Below, piece by piece: positions 1 to 8,871 of a DNA stretch of 59,180 nucleotides. The notes below the pieces were generated by a model. The model saw only the letters and a program-made list of their open reading frames with translations, did no database searches and was not told the DNA's origin. Within the stretch, counting starts at the first letter, position 1, and each line of letters opens with the position of its first letter. A program made the position numbers and the translations under genes. This DNA is from Bacilli bacterium (GTDB lineage: Bacteria > Bacillota_I > Bacilli_A > RF39 > UBA660), in NCBI GenBank assembly GCA_028707455.1, contig JAQWAY010000003.1, forward strand, positions 31,515-90,694, given 5' to 3'.

Positions 1-728
1 CCTTCTTTGCATAATAGTTTTAAATAACTATAACTATCCATTCCATTAGGACAATCATAACTTGGTAATAAATTACCTTCATGTTCTATCTTTAAATTAC
101 ACATATTACTAATATTCTGATTATTAATTTTATCTTCAGGATACTTCTCAAAGATACTTATATCTAAATAGACATTATTATCTATGACAATATCACTTGC
201 TAAAACGCCATCTCTAACTGCATATATATATTTTAAATATTCTTCATCCTGTTTAAGTAAACAAAGAATCTCTTTCATATAAACAACATTATCTTGTTTA
301 ATATTAAGTCTTTCATTTGGATCACTATATCCTATAAAAATATCTAAATAAGTTTTACTTAGTTCATTATATAAATTCATACTTGAATAAGGAACAATAC
401 AGATAAGATTAGAATTATATATATTTAATTCTTTAATAGTTAATGATTGATTTGATTGTAATGAGGCTATTTTAATTAAGTTTTTATAACCCTTAAAGTC
501 TTTCGCATATAAAACAATCTTATCACCTAAATTAACTTCTAAACCAACAATTGGTTTTATATTGTTTTTTATGCAAGCATTATAAAAATCCATTATACCG
601 TACATATTATTATCCGTAATAGTTAAAGCTTTTATATTATTTTTTAAAGCAAATGCTATTAGTTCATCTATTTTAATCATACTTGATAATAAAGAATTAT
701 TTGTTTTAATATAAAGTGGTGTATACAT
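1..728 (-). CDS. dnaE: DNA polymerase III alpha subunit DnaE, N-terminal (PHP-domain) part. The rest of the gene lies beyond the window start.
   Basis: Manual minus-strand translation from ATG at 726-728, with RBS GGGAGGTG upstream: MYTPLYIKTNNSLLSSMIKIDELIAFALKNNIKALTITDNNMYGIMDFYNACIKNNIKPIVGLEV... This matches the DnaE N-terminal layout. The frame stays open to position 1. It is absent from the ORF track because it is truncated by the window edge. Confidence 0.7.
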   Translation of the reverse strand, partial: MYTPLYIKTNNSLLSSMIKIDELIAFALKNNIKALTITDNNMYGIMDFYNACIKNNIKPIVGLEVNLGDKIVLYAKDFKGYKNLIKIASLQSNQSLTIKELNIYNSNLICIVPYSSMNLYNELSKTYLDIFIGYSDPNERLNIKQDNVVYMKEILCLLKQDEEYLKYIYAVRDGVLASDIVIDNNVYLDISIFEKYPEDKINNQNISNMCNLKIEHEGNLLPSYDCPNGMDSYSYLKLLCKE

Positions 729-793
729 AATTCACCTCCCACCATAATTTTACTATAAATCAACAGAATTTGAAAGATTTTAGCCTAAATAAT

Positions 794-822
794 TTGACTT
801 CTCTCATATAATATGTTAAAGT
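794..822 (+). promoter_or_regulatory. Putative sigma-A promoter for rpmB (TTGACT-17 nt-TAAAGT)
   Basis: TTGACT at 794-799 and TAAAGT at 817-822, about 40 nt upstream of the rpmB start. Confidence 0.35.
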
Positions 823-859
823 TATAAAGCGAGGAAATTAAATTTGAGGAGGAATAGAG

Positions 860-1060
860 ATGGCTAAAAAAATAACTAGTAAAACTCCATTGTTTGGAAA
901 TAAAAGATCTCATGCTTTAAATGCTACAAGACATGCACAAAAACCAAATTATCAAAAAGTAAAACTAGATAACGGTGAAACAATTATTATGACAGCAAGA
1001 GAATTAAGAACATTAAAGAAAAATAGTCAAGCTTCAAATATAGAAGTAAAGGCTGAATAA
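860..1060 (+). CDS. rpmB: 50S ribosomal protein L28
   Basis: 66 aa, basic. The N-terminal stretch ...[13 protein letters not shown]... is typical of L28. Strong RBS GAGGAGG. Confidence 0.85.
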   Translation: MAKKITSKTPLFGNKRSHALNATRHAQKPNYQKVKLDNGETIIMTARELRTLKKNSQASNIEVKAE

Positions 1061-1071
1061 TTATATTTATT

Positions 1072-1097
1072 AACAAGACGAAATCTTGTTTTTTTTC
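1072..1097 (+). terminator. Intrinsic terminator of rpmB
   Basis: Hairpin AACAAGA-CGAAA-TCTTGTT followed by a T-run. Confidence 0.7.
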
Positions 1098-1138
1098 TAG
1101 TCTTTTCTAAACACATTATAACATATATACAAAGAAAA

Positions 1139-1170
1139 AAGGAATTTATTAATAAATTCCTTATTTTTTT
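1139..1170 (-). terminator. Intrinsic terminator of ileS (hairpin overlaps the stop codon; A/T runs on both sides)
   Basis: Palindrome AAGGAATTTATTAATAAATTCCTT flanked by an A-run and a T-run. Confidence 0.6.
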
Positions 1171-4100
1171 TCTACTTTTAAGTATACTGGGTAACCATTC
1201 ATATCAAAACTTTCAGTTAATGATCTATCTTCCACAAACTCTGTTGTTAAAGTTTCAGTTGCAATAAAGTCTTCATATTCTGTGAAAACTACTTTTGTTT
1301 TATCATCAGTATTATAATAAAGTTTAATACGATCAGCTACATCAAAATCACTATTTTTTCTTAATTGTTGAACTTTCGAAATGATTTCTCTAGCAATTCC
1401 TTCATTAATCAAATCTTCAGTAAGTTCCGTATTTAAGATAATAAAATTATGATCTAACATTTGAGCATTAAATCCTTCTTTAGAATTAACTCTAATAACA
1501 ACCATATCACTTGAAATATTATATTCATTACCATCGACTTCTAAATCAATATTTTCTTCATTTTGTAATTTATTAATATCATCAACTGATAAATTAGTTA
1601 AAGCTTCAGCAAACTTTTTTATTGATGAACCAAAGATTGGTCCCGCTACTTTATAATTTGGAATAACAATATAATCCATGTATTTACTTACATTGTTTTC
1701 ATAAGTAACATGTTTAACATTTAGTTCTTCCTCAATTAGATTAGTTAAGTCGCCAATAATGGTTTCATTTTTACCATCAATAATAATTTCTTGAATTGGT
1801 TGACGAACTTTAATTTTAGATTCTTCACGAGCAAAGCGACCTAAACTTATTAACGATCTAACTAAATCCATTTTTCTTTCAATATCTTCATTGATATATT
1901 CAGGATTAGATGTTGGATAATCAGCTAAATGAACTGATTCTTCATTTGTTAAATTACGATAAATAATTTCAGAAACAAATGGAACAATTGGAGCAATTAA
2001 TTTAACTAAGTCAACTAGTACTTCATAAGTAGTATTATAAACAGCTTTCTTATCATCGTCTAAAGTGCTACTCCAAAATCTTCTACGATTACGACGGATA
2101 TACCAATTAGATAAATCTTCATTAACGAAGTCTTGAACTAAATGAACCGTTTTATTTAAATCATAATTAGTTAATTCATTATTAACATTTTTTATTAAAT
2201 TATTCATTTTTGAGAGAATCCATTTATCAATTTCAGGCCTCTTTTCATATGGAACATTAAATGATCTAGGATCTACTTCATCCGTGTTTGCATATAAAGC
2301 AAAGAACGTATAAGTATTTTTTAAAGTATTAAAGAACTTAGATTGAACCTCTTTTAAGCCATCAATATCAAACTTAGTTGGAGTCCATACTGGTGAAACA
2401 TATAATAAGTACCATCTTAAAGTATCAGCACCATATTCTTCAAATAGTTTAAATGGATCAACTCCATTACCTCTTGATTTACTCATTTTTTGACCATTCT
2501 TATCTAGTAATAAGTCATTAACTAAAACATTCTTATAAGGGCTCTTACCTGTTACAAAGGTTGAAATAGCCATTAATGAATAGAACCAACCTCTTGTTTG
2601 GTCAATACCTTCACAAATAAAGTCACCTGGAAATTGATCTTCAAATTTTTCTTTGTTTTCAAATGGATAATGATATTGAGCAAAAGGCATTGAACCAGAG
2701 TCAAACCAACAATCAATAACTTCTTTTACTCTTGACATTGTTTTTCCACAATCTGGACATTTAATATGCACATTATCAACATAAGGACGGTGTAATTCAA
2801 TTGATTCATCGATTTCTTCAATAGCCTTTTCGACTAACTCTTTACGAGAACCAACACATTCTAAATGACCACAATCACATTTCCATATATTAAGTGGTGT
2901 TCCCCAATAACGATTACGAGATAATGCCCAATCGTTTAAGTTTTCTAACCAATTACCAAATCTTTTTTCACCAACATAATCAGGATACCAATTAACTCCA
3001 TTATTGTTTTCAATTAACTTATCTTTTAATTTAGTCATTTCAATATACCAACTAGGTTTAGCATAATAAAGAAGTGGTGTTTTACATCTCCAACAATGTG
3101 GATAATTATGTTTCATTCTTTCTTTTTTGAATAACTTATTATTTTCTTTTAACCATTTAATAATTTCTGGATCAGCATCCATAACGAATATTCCTGCCCA
3201 TGGACCTTCAATATATTTGCCATCTTCACCAACTGGATTTAAGACTGGGATATTATATCTTCGCCCTACTTCATAGTCATCCGCACCAAAAGCAGGAGCA
3301 ATATGAACGATACCTGTTCCATCATCCATTGTTACATATGTATCACACATAACAAAGAAAGCCTTTTTATTAACTTTAAGGAATGGTAATAATTGTTCAT
3401 ACTCTTTATATTCTAAATCAGTACCAACATATTCTTCTAATACTTCGTAATCATCACCTAAAACTTTATTAGCAAGTTTTTTAGCAACAATAAAGTTATA
3501 ATCTTTACTCTTAACCTTAATATATTCTTCGTTTGGATTAACACAAACAGCAACATTAGCCAGAAGCGTCCATGGAGTTGTTGTCCATACTAATAAATAA
3601 GTATCTTCACCTACTAATTTAAATGGTACCGTAACCGTATCAACATTTATTTCTTGGTATCCTTGTGCAACCTCATGCGTAGCAAGTCCTGTTCCACATC
3701 TTGAACAGAAAGGTAGAATTTTATGACCTTCGTACATTAAACCTTCATCAAAGAATTTTTTCAAAATCCACCATTCAGTTTCAATGTAATTATTTTCATA
3801 AGTAATATATGGATCTTTTAAATCAATAAAATAACCCATTTCCCTAGTCATTTTTTCCCAAGCACTTTGATATCTAAAAACAGAATCCTTACATTTTTGA
3901 TTAAACTTTTCAATTCCATAAGCTTCAATTTCTGTTTTATTATTAATACCTAACTCTTTTTCAACTTCAATTTCAACAGGAAGACCATGAGTATCCCATC
4001 CTGCTTTACGGATAACACGATATCCTTGCATAGACTTATATTTACACACTGTATCTTTACAAACTCTAGCAATAACATGATGAATACCAGGCATACCATT

Positions 4101-4253
4101 AGCTGTAGGTGGTCCTTCATAAAAGACAAAACTATCGCGGTTTTCACGATTATCAATTGTCCTATTTAAAATATCTATATCTTTCCAATACTCATTTACT
4201 TTATCTTCGTTTTGCTTTGCCGTAATCTTTTCTAATTCCTTAAACTTTTCCAT
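1161..4253 (-). CDS. ileS: Isoleucyl-tRNA synthetase, type 2 (long, eukaryote/archaeal-like form)
   Basis: 1030 aa. HIGH region is FYEGPPTANGMPGIHHV. Contains WDTHGLPVE and KMSKS. Length and N-terminal motifs fit the type 2 rather than the type 1 bacterial enzyme. Confidence 0.95.
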   Translation of the reverse strand: MEKFKELEKITAKQNEDKVNEYWKDIDILNRTIDNRENRDSFVFYEGPPTANGMPGIHHVIARVCKDTVCKYKSMQGYRVIRKAGWDTHGLPVEIEVEKELGINNKTEIEAYGIEKFNQKCKDSVFRYQSAWEKMTREMGYFIDLKDPYITYENNYIETEWWILKKFFDEGLMYEGHKILPFCSRCGTGLATHEVAQGYQEINVDTVTVPFKLVGEDTYLLVWTTTPWTLLANVAVCVNPNEEYIKVKSKDYNFIVAKKLANKVLGDDYEVLEEYVGTDLEYKEYEQLLPFLKVNKKAFFVMCDTYVTMDDGTGIVHIAPAFGADDYEVGRRYNIPVLNPVGEDGKYIEGPWAGIFVMDADPEIIKWLKENNKLFKKERMKHNYPHCWRCKTPLLYYAKPSWYIEMTKLKDKLIENNNGVNWYPDYVGEKRFGNWLENLNDWALSRNRYWGTPLNIWKCDCGHLECVGSRKELVEKAIEEIDESIELHRPYVDNVHIKCPDCGKTMSRVKEVIDCWFDSGSMPFAQYHYPFENKEKFEDQFPGDFICEGIDQTRGWFYSLMAISTFVTGKSPYKNVLVNDLLLDKNGQKMSKSRGNGVDPFKLFEEYGADTLRWYLLYVSPVWTPTKFDIDGLKEVQSKFFNTLKNTYTFFALYANTDEVDPRSFNVPYEKRPEIDKWILSKMNNLIKNVNNELTNYDLNKTVHLVQDFVNEDLSNWYIRRNRRRFWSSTLDDDKKAVYNTTYEVLVDLVKLIAPIVPFVSEIIYRNLTNEESVHLADYPTSNPEYINEDIERKMDLVRSLISLGRFAREESKIKVRQPIQEIIIDGKNETIIGDLTNLIEEELNVKHVTYENNVSKYMDYIVIPNYKVAGPIFGSSIKKFAEALTNLSVDDINKLQNEENIDLEVDGNEYNISSDMVVIRVNSKEGFNAQMLDHNFIILNTELTEDLINEGIAREIISKVQQLRKNSDFDVADRIKLYYNTDDKTKVVFTEYEDFIATETLTTEFVEDRSLTESFDMNGYPVYLKVEKK

Positions 4254-4275
4254 TCTATCATCTCCTTTATAATAT

Positions 4276-4492
4276 AAAAAAACCTTATATATTTAAAATA
4301 TATAAGGACGATTAAACCGTGGTACCACCTTAATTCACAGTTAAACTGTGCACTTAATTTTTGATAACGCATTAGCGTTCTTTCCTAATATCGGAAAGAC
4401 ATATCAGAAGTGATCTATATTTTTATATCATTATAGGCTCTCACCATACCCTACTCGCTTAAATTAAATAAAAATATCGTCTTCATCATTTA
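4276..4492 (-). promoter_or_regulatory. T-box riboswitch leader (Ile; specifier AUC) with terminator/antiterminator
   Basis: Minus-strand RNA contains:
- K-turn UGAUGAAG.
- A long Stem I helix (AUAUUUUUAU/AUAAAAAUAU).
- AUC followed by A and CUUC (rc of 4412-4414).
- Stem III CACAG-UUUAA-CUGUG.
- T-box AAUUAAGGUGGUACCACGG. The UGGU bulge fits discriminator A.
- Terminator CCUUAUAUAU...AUAUAUAAGG plus a U-run. Confidence 0.85.
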
Positions 4493-4494
4493 CT

Positions 4495-4989
4495 TTAAAA
4501 TTCAACTTTTTCAATATCATCAACCAACTCTAATTGTTGTTCAATTAATGAACGTAACTTTCTTTTAAATAGATTGACGTTTCTTTTTAACATTGTTGCT
4601 TCCATTTCAATATTATCAGATCTAAGTAATGCTTCATTTACTATTCTATTAGCATTATTTTTAGCATCGTTTATTATTGATTCACTTTCTTGTCTAGCTG
4701 TTATTTTAATTTGGTCAGAGGTCTTTTGTGCCATAAAGATAGCACGATTGAGAGTACCTTCAAGACGTTCATATTGCTCAACTTTGTCTCTCAAATGTTG
4801 ATTTTGTTCCATCAAAGCACTTAACTCATTAATTTTGTCGTCTTTTTCTTTTATTTCGCTGACCATTTTTTCAACTTGATTAATTATTTGGTCTAAAAAA
4901 GCATTTACTTCTTCGGGGTCATAGCCACGAAGTGTACGACTAAATTTTTCCATACTCTCACCTCTTGGCACTACAGCATATTGTAGCAC
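4495..4989 (-). CDS. divIVA: Cell-division protein DivIVA. The probable true start is the ATG at 4953 (MEKFSRTLRGYD...).
   Basis: FSRTLRGYDPEEVNAFLDQI DivIVA N-terminal motif plus coiled-coil remainder. RBS AGAGGTGAGAG lies before the internal ATG. Position between sepF and ileS. Confidence 0.85.
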   Translation of the reverse strand: MLQYAVVPRGESMEKFSRTLRGYDPEEVNAFLDQIINQVEKMVSEIKEKDDKINELSALMEQNQHLRDKVEQYERLEGTLNRAIFMAQKTSDQIKITARQESESIINDAKNNANRIVNEALLRSDNIEMEATMLKRNVNLFKRKLRSLIEQQLELVDDIEKVEF

Positions 4990-5014
4990 ATTTTATTTTA
5001 TAATTCAATCATTT

Positions 5015-5461
5015 TTACCATTCAATTTTTATATCATCATTATCGTGAATATCTTTACCTTCTTTATCGTCAGTAATCTTTCCTTCAACACTAACATTAT
5101 TAGGTGTACATAAAAATATTCCACCACCAATTTTTTGGATTTCTCCACCGATTGCATAGATTGTTCCACTTAAAAAGTCGACGATTCTTTTAGCTTGATC
5201 ACCAGTTACTCTTTTTAGATTAACAACAACAGCACTACGCATTTTTAAAAAATCAACAATTTGTTGTGCTTCTGAATAAGCTCTTGGTTCTAGTAATACC
5301 ATTTTATTATTACCATCATTTTCTTTTAAGGCATCTTCAGAATCTAATTTATAATATTCATTCTCAGCACATTCTTTACTGAAAATATCTTCTTCATCAC
5401 CATTTAACCATTTTTTTAAACTAAATCCCATTCCATATTCCTCCATATCGCTTGTACTCAC
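5015..5461 (-). CDS. sepF: Cell-division protein SepF (YlmF). The probable start is the ATG at 5431.
   Basis: C-terminal domain [30 protein letters not shown]...IVDFLSG..YAIGG...[11 protein letters not shown] is typical SepF. GGAGG lies 8 nt before the ATG at 5431. Confidence 0.85.
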   Translation of the reverse strand: MSTSDMEEYGMGFSLKKWLNGDEEDIFSKECAENEYYKLDSEDALKENDGNNKMVLLEPRAYSEAQQIVDFLKMRSAVVVNLKRVTGDQAKRIVDFLSGTIYAIGGEIQKIGGGIFLCTPNNVSVEGKITDDKEGKDIHDNDDIKIEW

Positions 5462-5527
5462 TATACTGTATTAATTTTATCATATTTTTTACAAAAAAGA
5501 TAGATTTTTACTAAAAAAGATAAAATT

Positions 5528-6889
5528 TCAAAATTTTACCTTTTCTTCAATATATTTAACTAAATCATCTATTTTTAACGTAATTTGTTCCATCGTATCA
5601 CGATCCCTTACGGTAACCGTATTATTATTAAGTGTTTCATCATCAACAGTGATGCACATTGGTGTTCCAATTACATCTTGACGGCGATAACGTTTACCAA
5701 TATTACCAGACTCATCATAACTAACCATAAAATGTTTAGATAGTTCGTGATATAAAGCCGTTGCTTTTTCACTATGTATTTTTTTCATTAAAGGTAGTAC
5801 TGCTACTTTATATGGTGCTAAAGCCGGATGAAAGTGCATAACCTCTCTGGCTTCACCACTTGGTAATGTTTCTTCTTCATAAGCTTCAACTAAGAAAGCT
5901 AAAGTAACACGATCAGCTCCTAATGATGGTTCAATAACATATGGAATATACTTTTGATTAGTCTCAGGATCTAAATAACTCATATCTTGTTTTGAAAATG
6001 TTTGATGTTGTTTTAAATCATAATCCGTTCTTGAAGCAATCCCCCATAGTTCTCCAAAACCAAATGGGAATTTATATTCAATATCAGTTGTGGCATTACT
6101 ATAGAATGATAATTCCTCTGCTGAATGATCTCTCATTCTTAAGTGTTCATCTTTAATACCTAAGTCATATAGCCATTGCATTGAATAATCTTTCCAATAT
6201 TTAAACCACTCTAACTCTGTACCAGGCTTACAGAAAAACTCTAATTCCATTTGTTCAAATTCACGAGTTCTAAAGATAAAGTTACCAGGTGTAATTTCAT
6301 TACGAAAACTCTTACCCACTTGAGCTATACCAAATGGTACTTTAAGACGCATTGAACGTTGCACATTTAAGAAATTAGCAAATATTCCTTGAGCCGTTTC
6401 TGGTCTTAAATAAATAGTACTAGTTGCATCCTCGGTAACACCTTGGAAGGTCTTAAACATTAAATTAAATTTGCGAATTTCAGTATAATCTAATTTACCA
6501 CACTTTGGACAAACAATATTTTGTTCTTTAATATAACTCATTAATTCATCATCAGTCATTGCACCAGCATCGACTGAATCTGTATATTCTTCAACTAATT
6601 TATCAGCACGATGTCTCGTTTTACAATGTCTGCAATCGATTAATGGATCATTGAATGTTTCAAGATGTCCACTCGCTTCCCATACCTTAGGATTCATTAA
6701 TATTGCTGCATCCATCCCAACATTATATTTACTTTCTTGAACAAACTTTTTAAGCCAAGCACGCTTAATATTGTTTTTAAGTTCAACTCCTAATGGACCA
6801 TAATCCCAAGTATTAGCTAAACCTCCATATATTTCACTACCTTGAAAAATAAACCCATAATGTTTGCATAAATTAACTATTTTTTCCAT
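5528..6889 (-). CDS. glyQS: Glycyl-tRNA synthetase, alpha2 (GlyQS) type
   Basis: 453 aa. N-terminus [23 protein letters not shown], class II motifs, C-terminal anticodon-binding domain. Confidence 0.95.
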   Translation of the reverse strand: MEKIVNLCKHYGFIFQGSEIYGGLANTWDYGPLGVELKNNIKRAWLKKFVQESKYNVGMDAAILMNPKVWEASGHLETFNDPLIDCRHCKTRHRADKLVEEYTDSVDAGAMTDDELMSYIKEQNIVCPKCGKLDYTEIRKFNLMFKTFQGVTEDATSTIYLRPETAQGIFANFLNVQRSMRLKVPFGIAQVGKSFRNEITPGNFIFRTREFEQMELEFFCKPGTELEWFKYWKDYSMQWLYDLGIKDEHLRMRDHSAEELSFYSNATTDIEYKFPFGFGELWGIASRTDYDLKQHQTFSKQDMSYLDPETNQKYIPYVIEPSLGADRVTLAFLVEAYEEETLPSGEAREVMHFHPALAPYKVAVLPLMKKIHSEKATALYHELSKHFMVSYDESGNIGKRYRRQDVIGTPMCITVDDETLNNNTVTVRDRDTMEQITLKIDDLVKYIEEKVKF

Positions 6890-7770
6890 ACAATTTCCTC
6901 CTCTAAATTATTTAAACAATTCTTTAATAATTTAATACTATTTAAATATACTAATATATTTTCCTCTAAGTCATTAGTATTAAATTCAATCGAATAAATA
7001 CCTGAATATTTATTTTCTACTAAATACTTTAATTCTTCATCTTGATAATCCATATCAGTAAATGGTAAATGTTCTAGATAACAATTACTTCTTTTATCTA
7101 AAATAATATTATGAATATGTGTAAATTTAATATTATCAATTATTTTACTTGGTAAATATAACTGAGTTTTAGTTTCAATATTATTAAGTCTTGTATGACC
7201 AATATCCCAACATATACCAAAATTATCGACATCTACTTTATTTAACAAAGTATTTATTTCACTTAAATCATCACCAATATGTAATCCTTTAGGATGATTA
7301 TAAGATAAGGTTTCAATTAAGATTTCAAAATTAAACCCTTTAGTATATTCACATAATTCTTTATAAATATTAATAAGATTAAGTTTATGTTGATACTTTT
7401 TACTAGCATCAATATAATTTATACCATGAAAGACAATTGGTATTTTATATTCAATATTTAATTTTTTTAAATTGTTATGAACCATGTATAAATCATTTTT
7501 ATAATTTTCTAGTACTAAAGAATAATCTTCTCGATCAATATGATCATCATGACTTTGATAATGAAAAGTTATTTTCAAATCATTTTCATTTAGAAACAAA
7601 ACTAGTTTTTCTAACTTTTCATCTAAATTTAAAAATAATGAAGTATAAAAATCAAAACTTGTAATACCAGCTTCTTTAAAGTCATTCAAATATTTTTGAA
7701 ACTCTTCAAAATCCAGTTTTTTAAAATCTCTTTCAGGAAAACATATCCCTATCCTTTTCATAGTCACCAC
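6877..7770 (-). CDS. Xylose-isomerase-like TIM-barrel (AP endonuclease 2 / sugar-phosphate isomerase-epimerase superfamily) protein. Likely start is the ATG at 7761.
   Basis: About 294-297 aa. [12 protein letters not shown] and other alternating beta/alpha segments are typical of the superfamily. Overlaps the glyQS start by 13 nt. Sits directly behind the Gly T-box. Confidence 0.55.
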   Translation of the reverse strand: MVTMKRIGICFPERDFKKLDFEEFQKYLNDFKEAGITSFDFYTSLFLNLDEKLEKLVLFLNENDLKITFHYQSHDDHIDREDYSLVLENYKNDLYMVHNNLKKLNIEYKIPIVFHGINYIDASKKYQHKLNLINIYKELCEYTKGFNFEILIETLSYNHPKGLHIGDDLSEINTLLNKVDVDNFGICWDIGHTRLNNIETKTQLYLPSKIIDNIKFTHIHNIILDKRSNCYLEHLPFTDMDYQDEELKYLVENKYSGIYSIEFNTNDLEENILVYLNSIKLLKNCLNNLEEEIVWKK

Positions 7771-7777
7771 CTATAAT

Positions 7778-7893
7778 AAAAAAACTTTTAGAATATATGT
7801 AAGGACGGCATAGCCGCGGTTCCACCTTACTTATTCTAAAAGAATCAGCTCTAAACATATTGCTCCGGGTTTCCAATCCATCATCGCATTGAT
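7778..7893 (-). promoter_or_regulatory. T-box riboswitch leader (Gly; probable specifier GGA) with an unusually short Stem I
   Basis: The RNA reads UGCGAUGA-UGG-AUUGGAAAC-CCG-GAGCA, i.e. K-turn halves only 15 nt apart. The antiterminator is AAGG-UGGAACC-GCGGC-UAU-GCCGU-CCUU; its UGGA bulge matches the B. subtilis glyQS T-box bulge as I recall it, which would fit a U discriminator. The terminator arms are CUUUUAGAAUAAGUAAGG / CCUUACAUAUAUUCUAAAAG, followed by U7. Confidence 0.8.
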
Positions 7894-7899
7894 AATATT

Positions 7900-7927
7900 A
7901 TTATAGCAACAATTCATAAATTGTCAA
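7900..7927 (-). promoter_or_regulatory. Sigma-A promoter of the Gly T-box operon (TTGACA-16 nt-TATAAT)
   Basis: rc of 7922-7927 is TTGACA and rc of 7900-7905 is TATAAT. The K-turn starts about 12 nt downstream of the -10. Confidence 0.65.
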
Positions 7928-7929
7928 CA

Positions 7930-8391
7930 TTATAATTTTAAGATTTTTATTTTATTTTGAAACTTGTCACTTCTAATTTTAGGTTCAAGAATCACATCTT
8001 TATCAGTAACTAGTGAATTAAAACCAGTTGGACTAGTTACAACACCAATATAATTAGACTCTTTATTACGTTCAATGTTTTCAATTAAAATATCTAATTT
8101 ATGATCACTGTTCATTTGTTTCAATTCTTCTAATGTTTTTATACTACCAAAATAATAATACTTTGGTTGATCATTTAAAACACCCTTAACAATTTCACCG
8201 TCTTTAAGTATTTCCGCAATATGATAAAATCTAACCGATATCATCCCGTCTTCATATTTGATATCGTTTGGATTATCAGTAGATACTTGACAATAGTAAC
8301 TATTAGGTGTCATGTGATATTTTTGTTCAGTTATTTCGGCATATATTTTAATCTGAGCTCTTCTCATTTCAATACCTCCTTTAACGACCAA
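7930..8391 (-). CDS. Hypothetical protein (likely start MRRAQIKIY at 8367)
   Basis: Long ORF with RBS AAAGGAGG before the internal ATG. I recognise no family. Confidence 0.5.
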   Translation of the reverse strand: MVVKGGIEMRRAQIKIYAEITEQKYHMTPNSYYCQVSTDNPNDIKYEDGMISVRFYHIAEILKDGEIVKGVLNDQPKYYYFGSIKTLEELKQMNSDHKLDILIENIERNKESNYIGVVTSPTGFNSLVTDKDVILEPKIRSDKFQNKIKILKL

Positions 8392-8422
8392 TATTATAAC
8401 ACATATTTTTATTTTTACAAAT

Positions 8423-8863
8423 TTATATTAATAAATTCCAAATAAAAGCCATAATGGTTCCTAATACAACCCCCATAATCACTTCCATTGGTTCATGACC
8501 TATTTGTTCTTTTAGTTTTTTCATCGTAAGTCTTGGATTATCATCATCAAGTTCATCAACAATTTTATTAATAGCTACTGCTTGTTTTTCACTTTCACGA
8601 CGTAATCCCATAGCATCATATGATACTATAAAAGAAAAAATAACTCCTAAAGCAAATAATGGTGTCGTTATACCTTCATTTAACCCAATAAATACAGTTA
8701 ATGAAATACAAAACGAAGTATGTGTGCTAGGCATACCTCCATTTCCATTTATTAATCTTCTCCAATTAAATTTTTTATATTGAATTGATTCAATCGTAAA
8801 TTTAATAAGTTGAGCTAAGATTAAACTACTAAACGGAACAATTAAATACATATATTCTTTCAT
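8423..8863 (-). CDS. Divergent PAP2 / acid-phosphatase-like membrane protein (DUF212, YuiD-like)
   Basis: 146 aa, multi-TM, GGMPSTHTSF motif typical of DUF212. Confidence 0.7.
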   Translation of the reverse strand: MKEYMYLIVPFSSLILAQLIKFTIESIQYKKFNWRRLINGNGGMPSTHTSFCISLTVFIGLNEGITTPLFALGVIFSFIVSYDAMGLRRESEKQAVAINKIVDELDDDNPRLTMKKLKEQIGHEPMEVIMGVVLGTIMAFIWNLLI

Positions 8864-8871
8864 AAAAACTC

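Noticed and set aside
3950-4169. Short sense-frame-shifted and antisense ORFs inside ileS. Similar overlapping ORFs occur at 4574-4801, 7437-7664, 8221-8445, 12623-12853, 13163-13363, 13704-13988, 22505-22690, 26442-27404, 30829-31089, 34141-34916, 36411-36608, 37628-37813, 38667-38944, 43140-43379, 44607-44813, 54924-55139 and 58631-58907.
   Set aside because: All lie within, or antisense to, long well-supported genes. They lack RBSs and have the Leu/Ile/Phe/Ser-rich composition expected from translating AT-rich DNA out of frame.
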